Part shown: positions 18,197 through 30,200 of the stretch, in pieces
Position numbering within the stretch: position 1 is the first letter of the stretch
Layout of the letters: the number at the start of each line of letters is the position of its first letter
Origin: a virus
Taxonomy: Duplodnaviria > Caudoviricetes
Length of the DNA: 38,931 nt
Virus record (IMG/VR): IMGVR_UViG_3300006482_000009
Coordinates: 1 to 38,931 of that record
Strand: one strand, 5' to 3'
The notes under the pieces: generated by a model
Told to the model about the DNA's origin: nothing
Database searches by the model: none
The model's input: the letters and a program-made list of their open reading frames with translations, nothing else
Made by a program: the position numbers and the translations under genes

Positions 18197-20782
18197 ATGG
18201 CAGCGGACTTAGGAAATATTGTAGCTCATTTAAGGTTAGAAATGGGAGAATTTACAAATAACTTGAATGTAGCTAGGCAACAAGTTGCAAGTACGGCAGA
18301 GTCATTTAGTGGCATTCAAGCAGCAGGGAATGCTTTAAAAGGTGTTGGAACTGCGCTAACTGCTGCAATAACAGTTCCTGTTGTTGCACTTGGAACTACT
18401 GCAATAAAAACAGCGATGCAAACAAAAGAATCAATGTCTAAAGTTAATTCTATTTTGCAACTAAGTGGCAAACAATGGAATGATTATCAAAGTGAACTTA
18501 AAGAAGGCGCAAATGATTTAGAAATGGCATATTCTGATTACACAAACGCTGCATATGAAGCGGTATCAGCAGGAGTTAAGCAAGCAGATGTAACCTCTTT
18601 TTTATCACAAGCTAATCAACTTGCTGTTGGTGGTTTAACTAATTTAACAAGTGCAACAGATTTATTAACGACAGTTCAAAATGCATATAATTTGAGTCAA
18701 AAAGATATGGCCCATGTATCAGATGTACTTATTCAAACACAAAATTTAGGTAAAGTTACAGTTGATGAGTTAGCATCTTCTATGGGGAAAGTTATACCTA
18801 CTGCTAATAATTTAGGTGTATCCGTAGACCAATTAGGTACAGGATATGCAATCATGACTGCAAAAGGTATAGCAGCAGCAGAATCAACAACATATATAAA
18901 TAGTATGTACAATGAGCTAGGTAAAAGTGGTACTCAAGTATCTAACATATTAAAACAACAAACAGGTAAATCATTTCAAGAATTAACTGCTAGTGGAAAA
19001 TCAACAGGAGATATACTACAAATACTATCTGATTATGCTAAAAATTCCGGTAAATCATTATCTGATTTATTTGGTAGTGTAGAAGCTGGAAAAGCAGCAC
19101 TTACCCTCATGAGTGGTGGAGCCGAAGGGTTTAATAAAACATTAGATGAAATGACTAATTCTACTGGTTCGGCTAAAAAAGCTTTTGAAGAAATGAATAA
19201 TACACCAACAAAGCAATTTGAACATGCCATGTCCGAATGCAAGAATGCTGCTAGTGATTTTGGCGAAGCATTTTTACCGGTTGTTACAACTATAGCAGAA
19301 GCGGCTACTCAGTTCATGAAGATGGCAAGTTCAGTGGCAAGAAACCACCCTGAATTAGTTAAAGTTGTTGGAGTATTATTAACATTAGCAGCAGTAATTG
19401 GACCTTTTTTGTTAATTATAGGTACGTTTATGAGTAAAATAGTAGCAATTAGAGAAGGTATAGTAATGCTTAAAGCATTAAATATAGTAGGGACTTTAAT
19501 AACTCCTATTAAAACTGGCTTATTGATGCTTAAAACATTGATATTGGATAGTTTGATACCTGCCTTATCTAGTTTATGGGCATTCTTATTAGCTAATCCT
19601 ATAGTTTTAGTAGTAGCTGCAATAGCTGCTTTAGTTGCAGGGTTTATATATTTATGGAATAACTGTGAAGGCTTCAGAGAATTTTGGATAAATCTATGGG
19701 AGACTATAAAAACAGCTTGCATAAATGCTTGGAATAGTGTAGTTACGTTTTTTACCGTATCAATGCCAGAATGGTTCAATAGTGTAATTCAGTGGTTTCA
19801 GCAATTACCAGGACAGATATGGTATTGGTTAGTATTTTGTGTCACATATGCAATATTATGGGTGGCGCAAATGAAGCAGAAAGCATTCGAAGCGGGTGCT
19901 CAATTTATTCATAGTGTAATTGAATGGTTCAAAACACTACCTGAAAGAATATGGCGCTGGCTATTAATGACAGTTAATAATGCTATTGCATGGAAAAATA
20001 GTATGGTAGCTAAAGCTAGGGAAGCAGGTAAAGCATTTATAGACGGTGCTATTAACTGGTTTAAAGCACTTCCAGGACGTATATGGCAATGGTTAGTAAA
20101 CACGATTAATAAAGTACTACAGTGGAAACGTGATATGGAACAGAAAGCTAAAGATACTGCTAAAAGTTTTGTAGATAAAGTTAAGGATGGTATTAAAAAC
20201 CTACCTAGTAATATGTTGCAAATAGGTAAAAGCATTTGTAAAGGTTTAGCTGACGGTATATGGGGAGGAATTAAATGGGTAACTGATGCTGCTAAAGGTA
20301 TTGCAAAACAAGCGGAAAAAGATGCAAGAGCTACTCTTAAAATAAATTCACCTTCAAAAGTATTTAGAGATAGAATAGGTAAGTCAATACCAGAAGGTAT
20401 GGCTATAGGTATAGAAACAAATGCAGATAGCGTATATAAGACATTAAGAAACTTATCTAATAACTTATCAAGCAATATAAATGTAAGTGGATTAATGGAT
20501 TCTATAAATATAAGAACAAGTGATATTAATGTTAATAGTAAAAATTCAAATGCAGGATTAGTAACTGAAATAAAAGGATTAATTGAAGCAGTTAAGTCTA
20601 ACTCCACAATAGACTATGACAAAATGGCTAGAGGGTTTGAAAAAGCTGTAAACAAGATAGACAATACAATAGTGATGGATAAAACCGTTGTTGGTAAAAT
20701 GACAGCTAAGACAGTAAATGAAGAAAATAAAATAGCGAACAAACAAAAATCAAGATTTAGAGGGGAAGTAGATTATGTATAA
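18197..20782 (+). CDS. Tape measure protein (TP901-like core)
   Basis: 861 aa, Ala-rich, periodic W/F, hydrophobic segment, INSPSKVF. Confidence 0.95.
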   Translation: MAADLGNIVAHLRLEMGEFTNNLNVARQQVASTAESFSGIQAAGNALKGVGTALTAAITVPVVALGTTAIKTAMQTKESMSKVNSILQLSGKQWNDYQSELKEGANDLEMAYSDYTNAAYEAVSAGVKQADVTSFLSQANQLAVGGLTNLTSATDLLTTVQNAYNLSQKDMAHVSDVLIQTQNLGKVTVDELASSMGKVIPTANNLGVSVDQLGTGYAIMTAKGIAAAESTTYINSMYNELGKSGTQVSNILKQQTGKSFQELTASGKSTGDILQILSDYAKNSGKSLSDLFGSVEAGKAALTLMSGGAEGFNKTLDEMTNSTGSAKKAFEEMNNTPTKQFEHAMSECKNAASDFGEAFLPVVTTIAEAATQFMKMASSVARNHPELVKVVGVLLTLAAVIGPFLLIIGTFMSKIVAIREGIVMLKALNIVGTLITPIKTGLLMLKTLILDSLIPALSSLWAFLLANPIVLVVAAIAALVAGFIYLWNNCEGFREFWINLWETIKTACINAWNSVVTFFTVSMPEWFNSVIQWFQQLPGQIWYWLVFCVTYAILWVAQMKQKAFEAGAQFIHSVIEWFKTLPERIWRWLLMTVNNAIAWKNSMVAKAREAGKAFIDGAINWFKALPGRIWQWLVNTINKVLQWKRDMEQKAKDTAKSFVDKVKDGIKNLPSNMLQIGKSICKGLADGIWGGIKWVTDAAKGIAKQAEKDARATLKINSPSKVFRDRIGKSIPEGMAIGIETNADSVYKTLRNLSNNLSSNINVSGLMDSINIRTSDINVNSKNSNAGLVTEIKGLIEAVKSNSTIDYDKMARGFEKAVNKIDNTIVMDKTVVGKMTAKTVNEENKIANKQKSRFRGEVDYV

Positions 20783-22895
20783 TTATTTTGAATTTAATGA
20801 CAATGTTATAAATGATATAGCGATTGTTTATGAGATAGATAAGCCGTCATTGTCTAAAAAACAAATTGATACAATTAATATCCCCTCTAGACATGGGGAA
20901 ATATTCAATGGTTGCTCTTATGATCCTATAGAAGTAAAAATATCTATGCTTATACAAGGTGATAATGAAGCTGATTATCAAGATAGATTAAAAACATTAC
21001 ACGAAATTTTTAAAACAACAAAAGAAGCAAAAGTTGCTTTTAGTGAAGACAAGTTTTTATTTGGAATAGTATCAGATGAATTCAGGCCAGTAAATAAAAC
21101 AAAGCTATCATCGCATGCAACAATAAAAATTATTTGTCATATTCCTTATTGCTATTCAAATGATCTAAAGCTTTTTAATACAGAAGATAATAATAAAACA
21201 ATTGTAGTTACAAATGAAGGTGGAGAACCTGCAATACCATTTATTAGTATTGGGTTTTCGAAAGATACTCATTATGTTCAACTAGAGAATGTGGAAACTG
21301 GAGAAAGGATACTAGTTGGAGCTTATCCAAGTTTAAGCCTAACATCCGTTAAAAAACAATCGTTAATACTTCATGACGATTGTACTACTTTAAGTAATTG
21401 GTCACAAAGCGGATCAAGTATAGACAGTGACAGAAGTTCCAATGGTACATTCGGAATAACTGATAGTGGCAATGCGATTTGTTTAGCAACCCTAGGAGAT
21501 GGAAGCACTTCTTGGAAGGGCGCATGTATGAAAACCAAAAATCTAAGTGAAGAACTTGATGAATTTTCAGTACAAGCATATTTTAGGCATAATTCAACTG
21601 GAAAAAACGGTGACCCTACAATATTGGATATTAAATCTGATACTTCAACCGGAGAAGTAGATGAAAAAACTGTTTATTATGAAGTTAAAGTAGCAAGCTT
21701 AAATGTAAGGACTGGTCCAGGGACTAAACATAAAAAAATCGGTGCATTAAAAAGAGGTCACAAGATAACAAGTTATACATTAGAAAAAGGCTGGATAAAG
21801 TTTAAGTATACTTCTAGTAAAACTGGTTATGTGTGCGATGATCACTGTAAAAAAGTAACTAAAACAAGTCAAGTATCAGTAAAAATACAAAATATGGTAG
21901 TTGTATCAAGTGGAAAAGGCAATGTAAATCTTAGAGCAACACCACACTATTCTGGGAAATTGGTAACAACAATAAGAACAGGAGAAGCAGTAAGGGTAAT
22001 TAAATACAAACATACTGATAAAGATAAAGATGGGAATGTAAGGTATTATTATAAATTAGCAAAAAAATATAAAGGTAAATATGCAGGATATATATGTACT
22101 GGAAATCTTAAAAGTGCAAGCGCAGTCAGTGTGGATTATGATTATAGCAGTGACGCAAATATTGCGGATGATAAAACGGGTGTAATTTCCTTATACTTAT
22201 TTGATATTAATGGATCCAGATTAGCAAAAATAGAATTTATCGATGAACAAAAATATTTTGAATATACTAAACCTTTGGTTCGAATAGGTAGCAGAACCGT
22301 ATTACAAGATACAACAAAAGTACCTAAACCTAAATCAAGTATAGTCGATGATAATGGAACATTAAAAACAACTAATTATTTAAGTGGGAAATTAGGAGAC
22401 TGGAATGAATTCTATGGAAAAGTCACCTTGAAAAGATACAAAGAAAATAATAAATATGTTTGGGATGTTGTAGTTCAAAAGATTGTTGATGGTGTAGTGA
22501 AAAAGACTAAGGCAACTCATAATATAAAATATACGGATTTACCTATTAATAAGCTAGCTTATGCGGTACTATACATAGGAACTAATGCGGCATCTATGTC
22601 AAAATCGTGTGCTATGTCTTTAACTGATTTAAAAATATACAATCTCAATCCAAGTGGCGGAACAGAGATAGTTGAAAATAATAAAATATATTTCCAAGAG
22701 GGAGATATATTGGATATAGATTTTAATACAAGATCTGCTTATCTTAATCATGATGAATGTAATGATATCGTTGATATAGGAAGCAGATTTTTTAATGTAG
22801 GAACTGGTGATACAGAAATAAAATTTAATTCGGATGACACCGAATTGAATGCAGATATAACATTTAGAGAAAATTGGTCTGGAATAGTAGATTAG
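20775..22895 (+). CDS. Distal tail protein (evolved Dit) with two inserted SH3b domains
   Basis: Dit N-terminus (IPSRHGE), LNVRTGPG...GWIK and VNLRATP motifs, Dit-like C-terminus. Confidence 0.85.
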   Translation: MYNYFEFNDNVINDIAIVYEIDKPSLSKKQIDTINIPSRHGEIFNGCSYDPIEVKISMLIQGDNEADYQDRLKTLHEIFKTTKEAKVAFSEDKFLFGIVSDEFRPVNKTKLSSHATIKIICHIPYCYSNDLKLFNTEDNNKTIVVTNEGGEPAIPFISIGFSKDTHYVQLENVETGERILVGAYPSLSLTSVKKQSLILHDDCTTLSNWSQSGSSIDSDRSSNGTFGITDSGNAICLATLGDGSTSWKGACMKTKNLSEELDEFSVQAYFRHNSTGKNGDPTILDIKSDTSTGEVDEKTVYYEVKVASLNVRTGPGTKHKKIGALKRGHKITSYTLEKGWIKFKYTSSKTGYVCDDHCKKVTKTSQVSVKIQNMVVVSSGKGNVNLRATPHYSGKLVTTIRTGEAVRVIKYKHTDKDKDGNVRYYYKLAKKYKGKYAGYICTGNLKSASAVSVDYDYSSDANIADDKTGVISLYLFDINGSRLAKIEFIDEQKYFEYTKPLVRIGSRTVLQDTTKVPKPKSSIVDDNGTLKTTNYLSGKLGDWNEFYGKVTLKRYKENNKYVWDVVVQKIVDGVVKKTKATHNIKYTDLPINKLAYAVLYIGTNAASMSKSCAMSLTDLKIYNLNPSGGTEIVENNKIYFQEGDILDIDFNTRSAYLNHDECNDIVDIGSRFFNVGTGDTEIKFNSDDTELNADITFRENWSGIVD

Positions 22896-22921
22896 TTGAT
22901 TGGAGGAGATATAACTTGGAT

Positions 22922-25900
22922 ATGGAAATTAAAATCTTGGATAAGAATAAAAAATTAAAACATATATTATCTTCTGCAGAAGGAGATAATATTTTTTTTA
23001 ACGATAAATACACTTCTGACCTGTCAACTGGAGCTGAAACATTTCAGACTGATACAAATTTAAGTGATATTGAAGAAGGAGAATATGTATTATTTGAATG
23101 GAATAAAAAAAATAAGATGCTTCAAATCAAAACAACTGAGGATGTTGAGCACATAGATTCTACATTAAAAAATATATATTCTGAATTTGTAGGAATAGAG
23201 TTATTGAATAGCTATGCAAGAGAATTTAAACATGAAGGGAATATGACTAAATTACTCGGCACTATACTTCAAGGAACTAACTACGAAATAGGATATGTTA
23301 GTCCTGATGTAGATGCAATAACAGCGTATTATTCGATTTCTGAACCTACTGCAGTGTATACTATATTACAAAACGTAATTACTTCATACGATAACTGCGA
23401 ATTTGAATTTGATGTTGATGTGATAGATTGCATACTTGGCAAATATAAATTTCTTATCAATGTGTATGCCAATGGTGAACGTGGCAATAAAACTTATAAA
23501 AGATTTGAATATAACTTTAATAGCTATGGAATGAAAAGAAAAGGTGATATTACTGACTTCTGTTCTGGACTTATTGGTGTAGGAGTAAATGGAATTACAT
23601 TCAAAGACATAGAGTGGAGACTGGAAGATAACCCTCCTCTTTTCAAACCAATGGGGGATGACTTTCTAATAGATCCAGAGGCTCACGAAATGCTTAATAA
23701 TGGTGGCAAAGTTATCCTAGGGAAATATAAGAGTGAAGCTACTACTCCGATTGACTTATTATGGGATACCTATTATAAATTGCAAGAAATAAAACAAACT
23801 AAATTTGATTATGATATACCAGTGTATATGACTGATGAAGATTATGAGAATACTGATGTAGGAGATACTGTATATGCAATAAATGATAAATTTGAACCTC
23901 CCGTACAATTAGAAGCTAGAATAGGATATTTAGAGATTTCTTTCACTGATAGAGATAAAAATAAAATAACCCTTTCTAATTATAAAGAGGTAAGAAGCAA
24001 AATAAAAAATATTGATAGTAATACAATTATTAAAGATACGATAGATCAATTAACAGGTTTTACTGGCAAACTCACGCAAGCCGATATAGACAGAATAAGA
24101 GAGTTTTTAGCATCTCTTGATATACAAAGTGAAGAAATTGAAAAGCTATTAAAGAAGTATGAAGATAGCTTAGAAGATACTGTAATTGATAAAACTGAAA
24201 TAGCTGAAGACAGTGAAGATTATCGTGCTATTAAACTTAGTAAAATTGATGGTGGACTTTGGCTAGGTGATAACAGAATTTATGGAGTGAAAAAAAATAA
24301 ATGTGCAACTATTACTAGCAAAAAAACTGAAAATACAGCTACTACCTCATCAAGCAGTGCAAGTGCTACCGAGTATAAAAATGCAGTAGCTTATTATTCT
24401 AAATTTTCATTAGGAACTAGAGCTAATTGGTCATGCATGAGTAAATTAAAAAGTAGTTCTAATAAGTATAAAATTTCTACTATAGTTAAGTATTGGAGTA
24501 AGAAGTTTGGTTTAGATCCATATTTAGTTTATGCAGTAATTTATGGTGAAAGTAGTGGACATCCTTATCGTGCTACAAAATCTTCTGTTGGTGGATATGG
24601 ATTAATGCAATGTGAAAGAGGTGCATATTTTAACAGAAAACAAACTATAAAATTCCTAGATGGAACTACTAAGAGCTTTACACCTTCTTACAATACCATG
24701 AGGCCAGGAAGCGGTGGTAAAACTACTATAAATGGTGTTAAGGTAGATAAGAATATATCGAACCAAATAATGTTTGGATGTCATGAGTTTAGAAAGTCTT
24801 TAGAAAGATTTCAATACAATATATTTGCTTCACTAGTTGGATACAACTTTGGATTAGGTGGAGCAGATTGGGTAATTTGTAAATATGTTGCTAATAAAAA
24901 TAATTTAACTTTCGTAGATAGTACATTATTAAGTAAACAATCTAGTAAAGTTAAAGATTTATATTTTAAAGAACTTGAAAATATGAAATGTAGATGGAGT
25001 AATTACAGAAAAACATATAAACAACATACAGGATGGGGGACACCTACAAATATAGAATACTATTTGAGATGGTATAAGGTAGTTGATGGACAATTGCCTT
25101 ATGTTTTAGATAAGAACGGCAAGAAAAGAGGTTACGGAGCAAATAAAACTTCTACTATAACAAGTAATCCAAATACAACAATAAAGGCAGGCGTGGCAAC
25201 TACAGTTAGAAATAAAATGGTGGCAAAAGGTAAAGAAATATGTGCATTACATCAAAAATACAAGAAAGCTACATACTCACAGTATTATAGAATAGTTGAT
25301 GATTTCAAAAGATTTAAATATAAAGGAACTTTAAATGGTATTAGAAATCCATATTGTTATGATTGTACTTCTCTTGTGTCCTGTGCATACAAATGTGTTG
25401 GATTAACAAGTGTTTACAATGCAAGTGCTAGAGCTGGTACTATGATTGAAGGTGCTACTAAGAAAAGTGGTTATAAGTTTTGGAAACTTACTTCAAGTAA
25501 TGTGGATGACTTATTACCGGGAGACATCATAATGGTGGCTTGGAATAATATACCTTCAAATGTTTCTCTAAGTACAATAAAAAGAGTTGGATATATGCAC
25601 CATGCCATATTATATTGTGGGAAAGTAAATGGAGTTCATATGATTGCTCATGCATCTAGTAGTTATGGATGGCCTAGAGCTATACGTTATGAGAGGTTAA
25701 GTGATTACGGATTAAATACAATGTATAATAAATGTATTGCACTTAGACCGTATGACATAGCTAAAAAAGATTCTGAAGCAAAACCAACAACAACCTCAAC
25801 GACTTCAAACGCACCTAAGGTAGTTGAAACAAATGAGGTAAATCTAAAAGGATTAAATGGCGCAGTTCCAAGCGATTACTACAATGATAAAACTCTAGTT

Positions 25901-27265
25901 GAAGATATAACTATAAATAATATAAATGATGATGATAAATACCCTAAGACAGTATCACATTGTTTTCTACACTTTGGAATTAATGATCTGAGTGATGACG
26001 GAATACAAAACTATAAGAATTTGATTAATGTGCTTCTTAAAAAATATCCTAAGAAGCCTATTTTTATTGCAAAAGAATATCATGTAAATAGCGAATACGG
26101 AAGTAACTTTGAAACAATTAATACTCAAATTGATAACTTTAATAATGCAATGAAAGATTTTTCAAATAGAACAAAATATGTAATTATGGTAAATGTACCA
26201 AGTGCTTTAGCTGATTCAAATAATAAATATGTAAATCCAAGTCTAACAACTGACGGATGGACAATGAAAGACAAGAATGCTTGCGATACATATTACACAG
26301 CATATAAGAAAGCGATATTAGCACTCGCAACAGGAGGAACTGTAAGTAGTACAGCTACATCGGTATCAGTAACATTGAAAACTCAAAAAGTTCACAAGTA
26401 TACTAAGCCAGTAAAAAAAATGGAGATTAAGTTACCTTCTAATCCTGATGACTCTTTTTATAGTAGATTAATCTTTACTACAAACAAAAATAGTGAACCA
26501 ACTAAATATAAACAAAGTAGTCTTGTATATCTTCAAGGAACTCATTGTAAGAAAGGTCATTTAATACTTAAAGCAGATACTACTTATGATATTAAAGTTT
26601 ATTATAATCCTGATAAAGAAATAGCTAATACAAAATATTTAGGAAGCGTATCAGCCGTTCATAAAGGTGGAAGCTATTCTAAATTTAGTGGATTTAAATA
26701 TGCTGACCAATTAGTTGGATATGCAAAAGGATTTTATAGTAAGAATAGTAATTTTGTATATAACAATACTACTCCTGCTGATTTTAGTAATCCAGCTGAT
26801 AATATAAGCAAATGGAAAACAAATGGAAAAATGCATATAGACGATAGCGCATTTTTAAATTACATACTAATGGGATTAAGTTATAACAAAAGTCCATACG
26901 GTAACAATTTAAGAACAGACAATAAAAAGAATTCTAATTGTTGTTGGGCATTATCAAGTACTAGAGCAGAATGGAATATAGCAAAATATTTCGTAGAGCA
27001 AGGATGGATATTGGACGGAGCAGACCTAACAAATTATAGCAACTTAAATCCAGGAGATATATTATTTATGGATACGGACTCAGTTAACAATGGTGAATTC
27101 ATGGGAATTTCTCATACTGCTATCGTGACAGGTAAAAATTCAAGTGGAGTACTACAAGCACTTGAATGTACAACAGGAGTTGCGAACGGAGCATTTAGAT
27201 ATGTGAATGTAAAAGATTTAGCAAGTAAAAATATTTTATTCGTAGGTAGAATTAGAATAGGCTAG
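22922..27265 (+). CDS. Tail-associated lysin/endopeptidase (Tal) with SLT, NlpC/P60 and degenerate domains
   Basis: Prophage tail N-domain; AVIYGESSG...GYGLMQ (SLT); YDCTSLV...PGDII...H..H (NlpC/P60); start placed at ATG 22922. Confidence 0.88.
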   Translation: MEIKILDKNKKLKHILSSAEGDNIFFNDKYTSDLSTGAETFQTDTNLSDIEEGEYVLFEWNKKNKMLQIKTTEDVEHIDSTLKNIYSEFVGIELLNSYAREFKHEGNMTKLLGTILQGTNYEIGYVSPDVDAITAYYSISEPTAVYTILQNVITSYDNCEFEFDVDVIDCILGKYKFLINVYANGERGNKTYKRFEYNFNSYGMKRKGDITDFCSGLIGVGVNGITFKDIEWRLEDNPPLFKPMGDDFLIDPEAHEMLNNGGKVILGKYKSEATTPIDLLWDTYYKLQEIKQTKFDYDIPVYMTDEDYENTDVGDTVYAINDKFEPPVQLEARIGYLEISFTDRDKNKITLSNYKEVRSKIKNIDSNTIIKDTIDQLTGFTGKLTQADIDRIREFLASLDIQSEEIEKLLKKYEDSLEDTVIDKTEIAEDSEDYRAIKLSKIDGGLWLGDNRIYGVKKNKCATITSKKTENTATTSSSSASATEYKNAVAYYSKFSLGTRANWSCMSKLKSSSNKYKISTIVKYWSKKFGLDPYLVYAVIYGESSGHPYRATKSSVGGYGLMQCERGAYFNRKQTIKFLDGTTKSFTPSYNTMRPGSGGKTTINGVKVDKNISNQIMFGCHEFRKSLERFQYNIFASLVGYNFGLGGADWVICKYVANKNNLTFVDSTLLSKQSSKVKDLYFKELENMKCRWSNYRKTYKQHTGWGTPTNIEYYLRWYKVVDGQLPYVLDKNGKKRGYGANKTSTITSNPNTTIKAGVATTVRNKMVAKGKEICALHQKYKKATYSQYYRIVDDFKRFKYKGTLNGIRNPYCYDCTSLVSCAYKCVGLTSVYNASARAGTMIEGATKKSGYKFWKLTSSNVDDLLPGDIIMVAWNNIPSNVSLSTIKRVGYMHHAILYCGKVNGVHMIAHASSSYGWPRAIRYERLSDYGLNTMYNKCIALRPYDIAKKDSEAKPTTTSTTSNAPKVVETNEVNLKGLNGAVPSDYYNDKTLVEDITINNINDDDKYPKTVSHCFLHFGINDLSDDGIQNYKNLINVLLKKYPKKPIFIAKEYHVNSEYGSNFETINTQIDNFNNAMKDFSNRTKYVIMVNVPSALADSNNKYVNPSLTTDGWTMKDKNACDTYYTAYKKAILALATGGTVSSTATSVSVTLKTQKVHKYTKPVKKMEIKLPSNPDDSFYSRLIFTTNKNSEPTKYKQSSLVYLQGTHCKKGHLILKADTTYDIKVYYNPDKEIANTKYLGSVSAVHKGGSYSKFSGFKYADQLVGYAKGFYSKNSNFVYNNTTPADFSNPADNISKWKTNGKMHIDDSAFLNYILMGLSYNKSPYGNNLRTDNKKNSNCCWALSSTRAEWNIAKYFVEQGWILDGADLTNYSNLNPGDILFMDTDSVNNGEFMGISHTAIVTGKNSSGVLQALECTTGVANGAFRYVNVKDLASKNILFVGRIRIG

Positions 27266-27276
27266 GAGGTGGTCAA

Positions 27277-30200
27277 ATGCTTACAGATATAGATAAGGAG
27301 TTTGACACTCCTGAAATTGATGAAAATGGAGAACTAATTGAAGTAATAGAAGAAGATGATGTATTTATAGAAGAAGATAAAGGACTAGAAGAACAACCAG
27401 ATTCATTCTATGAAGTTGAAGATGATATTGTACAAGAAGGTGAAGAGGAAGAAGAATTAGATATAATTCAAGAAGTTACAGTAGAAGCAAAAGAAAATTA
27501 CGAAAACGCAAAAGAACAACTTGTAGCTATATTCACATCGATACTCGAAAAGGGAGAAATAACTGCAGAAGACAATGTAGAAATTGAGCAAGTTAAGGAG
27601 CAGTATTCAGAAGCTTATAACTCAATTAAGGAAAATGCAGAAGTAATACAAAAGAAAACATTAGAAGAAAGAGTACAAGAATTAGCAGACGGTATGGTTG
27701 GAGCAACTTCTGATGAAATACTCAATATATTAACTGACGATGGAAGGAAACCTTGGTTATATAAAAATGAAGATAATGATGTATTAGTAGATATGACTGC
27801 AATTCCAGAACTTACAGTATTAATAAATAAGTTATTTTTAATTGCTACAGATGGGGAAAATGAAGGAGAGTTTCAATTAACTCCGGACTTTATAAAGATG
27901 ATAGTTGGAGGTACAGGGTCAGGAAATGCTATTGATAAGATAATAAATAAATATTACTTATCTACATCTAAAATTGAATTAGTTGGAGGTACTTGGGGAG
28001 ATGTTTTGCCAACTCCTACGGAACAAGAAGGGAAATTCCTTTGGATAAAGACTGTTACAACTTTTCTAGACAAAGATAAATTACCTCAAGAAACAACTCC
28101 AATTTGTGTTAGTGCCCAAGATGGTTCGAATGGAAAAGATGGGCTTAATGGAGCAGATGGAGTTGACGGAAAAGATGGCGTTAGCTTAACTTATAAAGGT
28201 GAATTTACCTCACATCCTTCTAATCCACAAAATGGCTGGTATTACAGAAATACTACAGAAGGAAAAACTTTTGTATATCAAGATAATAATTGGTATCAAA
28301 TGACAGTTGATGGCCAAGACGGACTAAATGGTAATAATGGTAAGGATGGCCTATCAATTGAATATAAAGGAGAGTTATCAAGTCCTCCTAGTAATCCTGT
28401 TAAAAATTGGACCTATAAGGATAGTGATAATGGTGTTGTATATATCTACACTGGTTTAGCTTGGGAAGTTATGACATATGATGGCAGTAATGGAGCAGAT
28501 GGGACAAATGGAAAAGATGGTCAAAATGGACTTAGCATATTTGTAACTTACAATGATTCTACAACTCAGCCAGCTACACCTATAGGAAATGGAACAACAA
28601 ATGGTTGGCATACAAATGTAACTTCAAGTATAGTATGGATGTCTCAAAAAGTTGCTAGTAGTGCGATAACTGGAACATGGGGTGCACCTATTAAGATACA
28701 AGGTAAAGATGGTGTATCTGTAGAAGAAATTAGAATTCAATATTCGAAAAACACAAGCACTACAACTGCTCCTGCAGATGGTTGGGGTACAAGTATGCCT
28801 TCTTATCAAGAGGGTTATTTTTTGTGGATTAGAACTAGAATTAAATATAGTAATAACGCTAATTATGTTTATTCTACACCTGCATGTGACCAATCTTGGA
28901 AAGCTAATGCAGAGGTATATACTCAGTATAAACAATTGAAAGAAAAGTTTTCTTGGATAGTAAAAAGTGGTACAAGTGAATCTAATATGGAGCTAACAGA
29001 TGCTTTATTTAAAGTATTAACAGAAACGATAAGTTTAACCGCTAAAAATATAAATTTGAATGGATATATTAATGAAGGAGGTAACTGGAGCGTTGATACA
29101 TTAGGGGATATGAATGTAAAAAATCTTGATGTAGAAGGTCATCTTTCAACTAACGAGCTAAGTATTAGTAGTATAAAATGTAGTACATTGCCAAGTATGG
29201 TATTACAAGACACTGTAATAAAAGTTACAACAACTGCTATTGATGATAGTGCTATATTTCAAGATAATGCAGAATACAACACTTTGCAAGGCGCCATAGA
29301 TTCAATACCTACAATTTTAAATGGTAGTCTAGTTACTATACAATTAGAAAAAAATATTAGGGAAGATATTCTAATACGTGGTATAAGCGGTGGTTCGTTA
29401 TATATTAATTTAAGTTCAAATGTAACTATATATGGTAATGTTATGGTCAGAGACAATAGTGGCAGAATTGCATTTTATGGAACTAAAGATACAAATGGTA
29501 ATGCTATATCAAATATAATTCCAAATTCAATGATCGATATTGTTAATAGGGAATGTTCTGTAGTAGTTCAAACCTCACAATTTGTAATGTTTAGTAATAT
29601 AAATATATATGGCAAAGTTCATGCTACAAACAATGATTATTACTATGCACTACTATCTCTTGATGGTTCAAACGCTTATTTTGGTGGGGGAAAAATAACT
29701 GGTAGTGACAATGCTTTCAGAACAAATTCCTTAGGAAGAATATATATTTCTGACTCATATGGTAAAGTGAATAACTATGTATTTAGAGCCGTTAGTGGTG
29801 GCATTATTCATGTAGGCAATGATACACAATGTAACAGTTCGTCAAACACTAAACTTTTATCAGATACCGCTTGTATAATTCAGATATCAAGTTCATTCAA
29901 TAAATGGGATACAACTTCAACAACTGGAAGCAATACTAATACAACAACTTCAACAAAATCAGTAACTTATAAATCAGTTAAAGGAGATTATTACAGAGAA
30001 TTATATAACAATTGGAAAGATAATAATACTGTAAGGCAAGGTGTATACTCAGTGTATGGAGACAATAGAGGTTGTTGGTTTTTTGGAACTCAATTTGCTG
30101 GAGTTAAAGGCAGAAATATAACAAAGGTTGCAATCAAGATAACGAGATTAGAGGGCGGGACTTATGCAGGAGTTACACACACATTAAAAGCACATGGATA

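Noticed and set aside
22154..22166. cgcaa-ata-ttgcg palindrome in Dit as a third cassette site
   Set aside because: Inner spacing is 3 bp rather than 10 bp; probably coincidental.
28110..28710. DNA repeat array or CRISPR
   Set aside because: Repeats are protein-level collagen-like and domain repeats; no repeat-spacer array was seen in the window.
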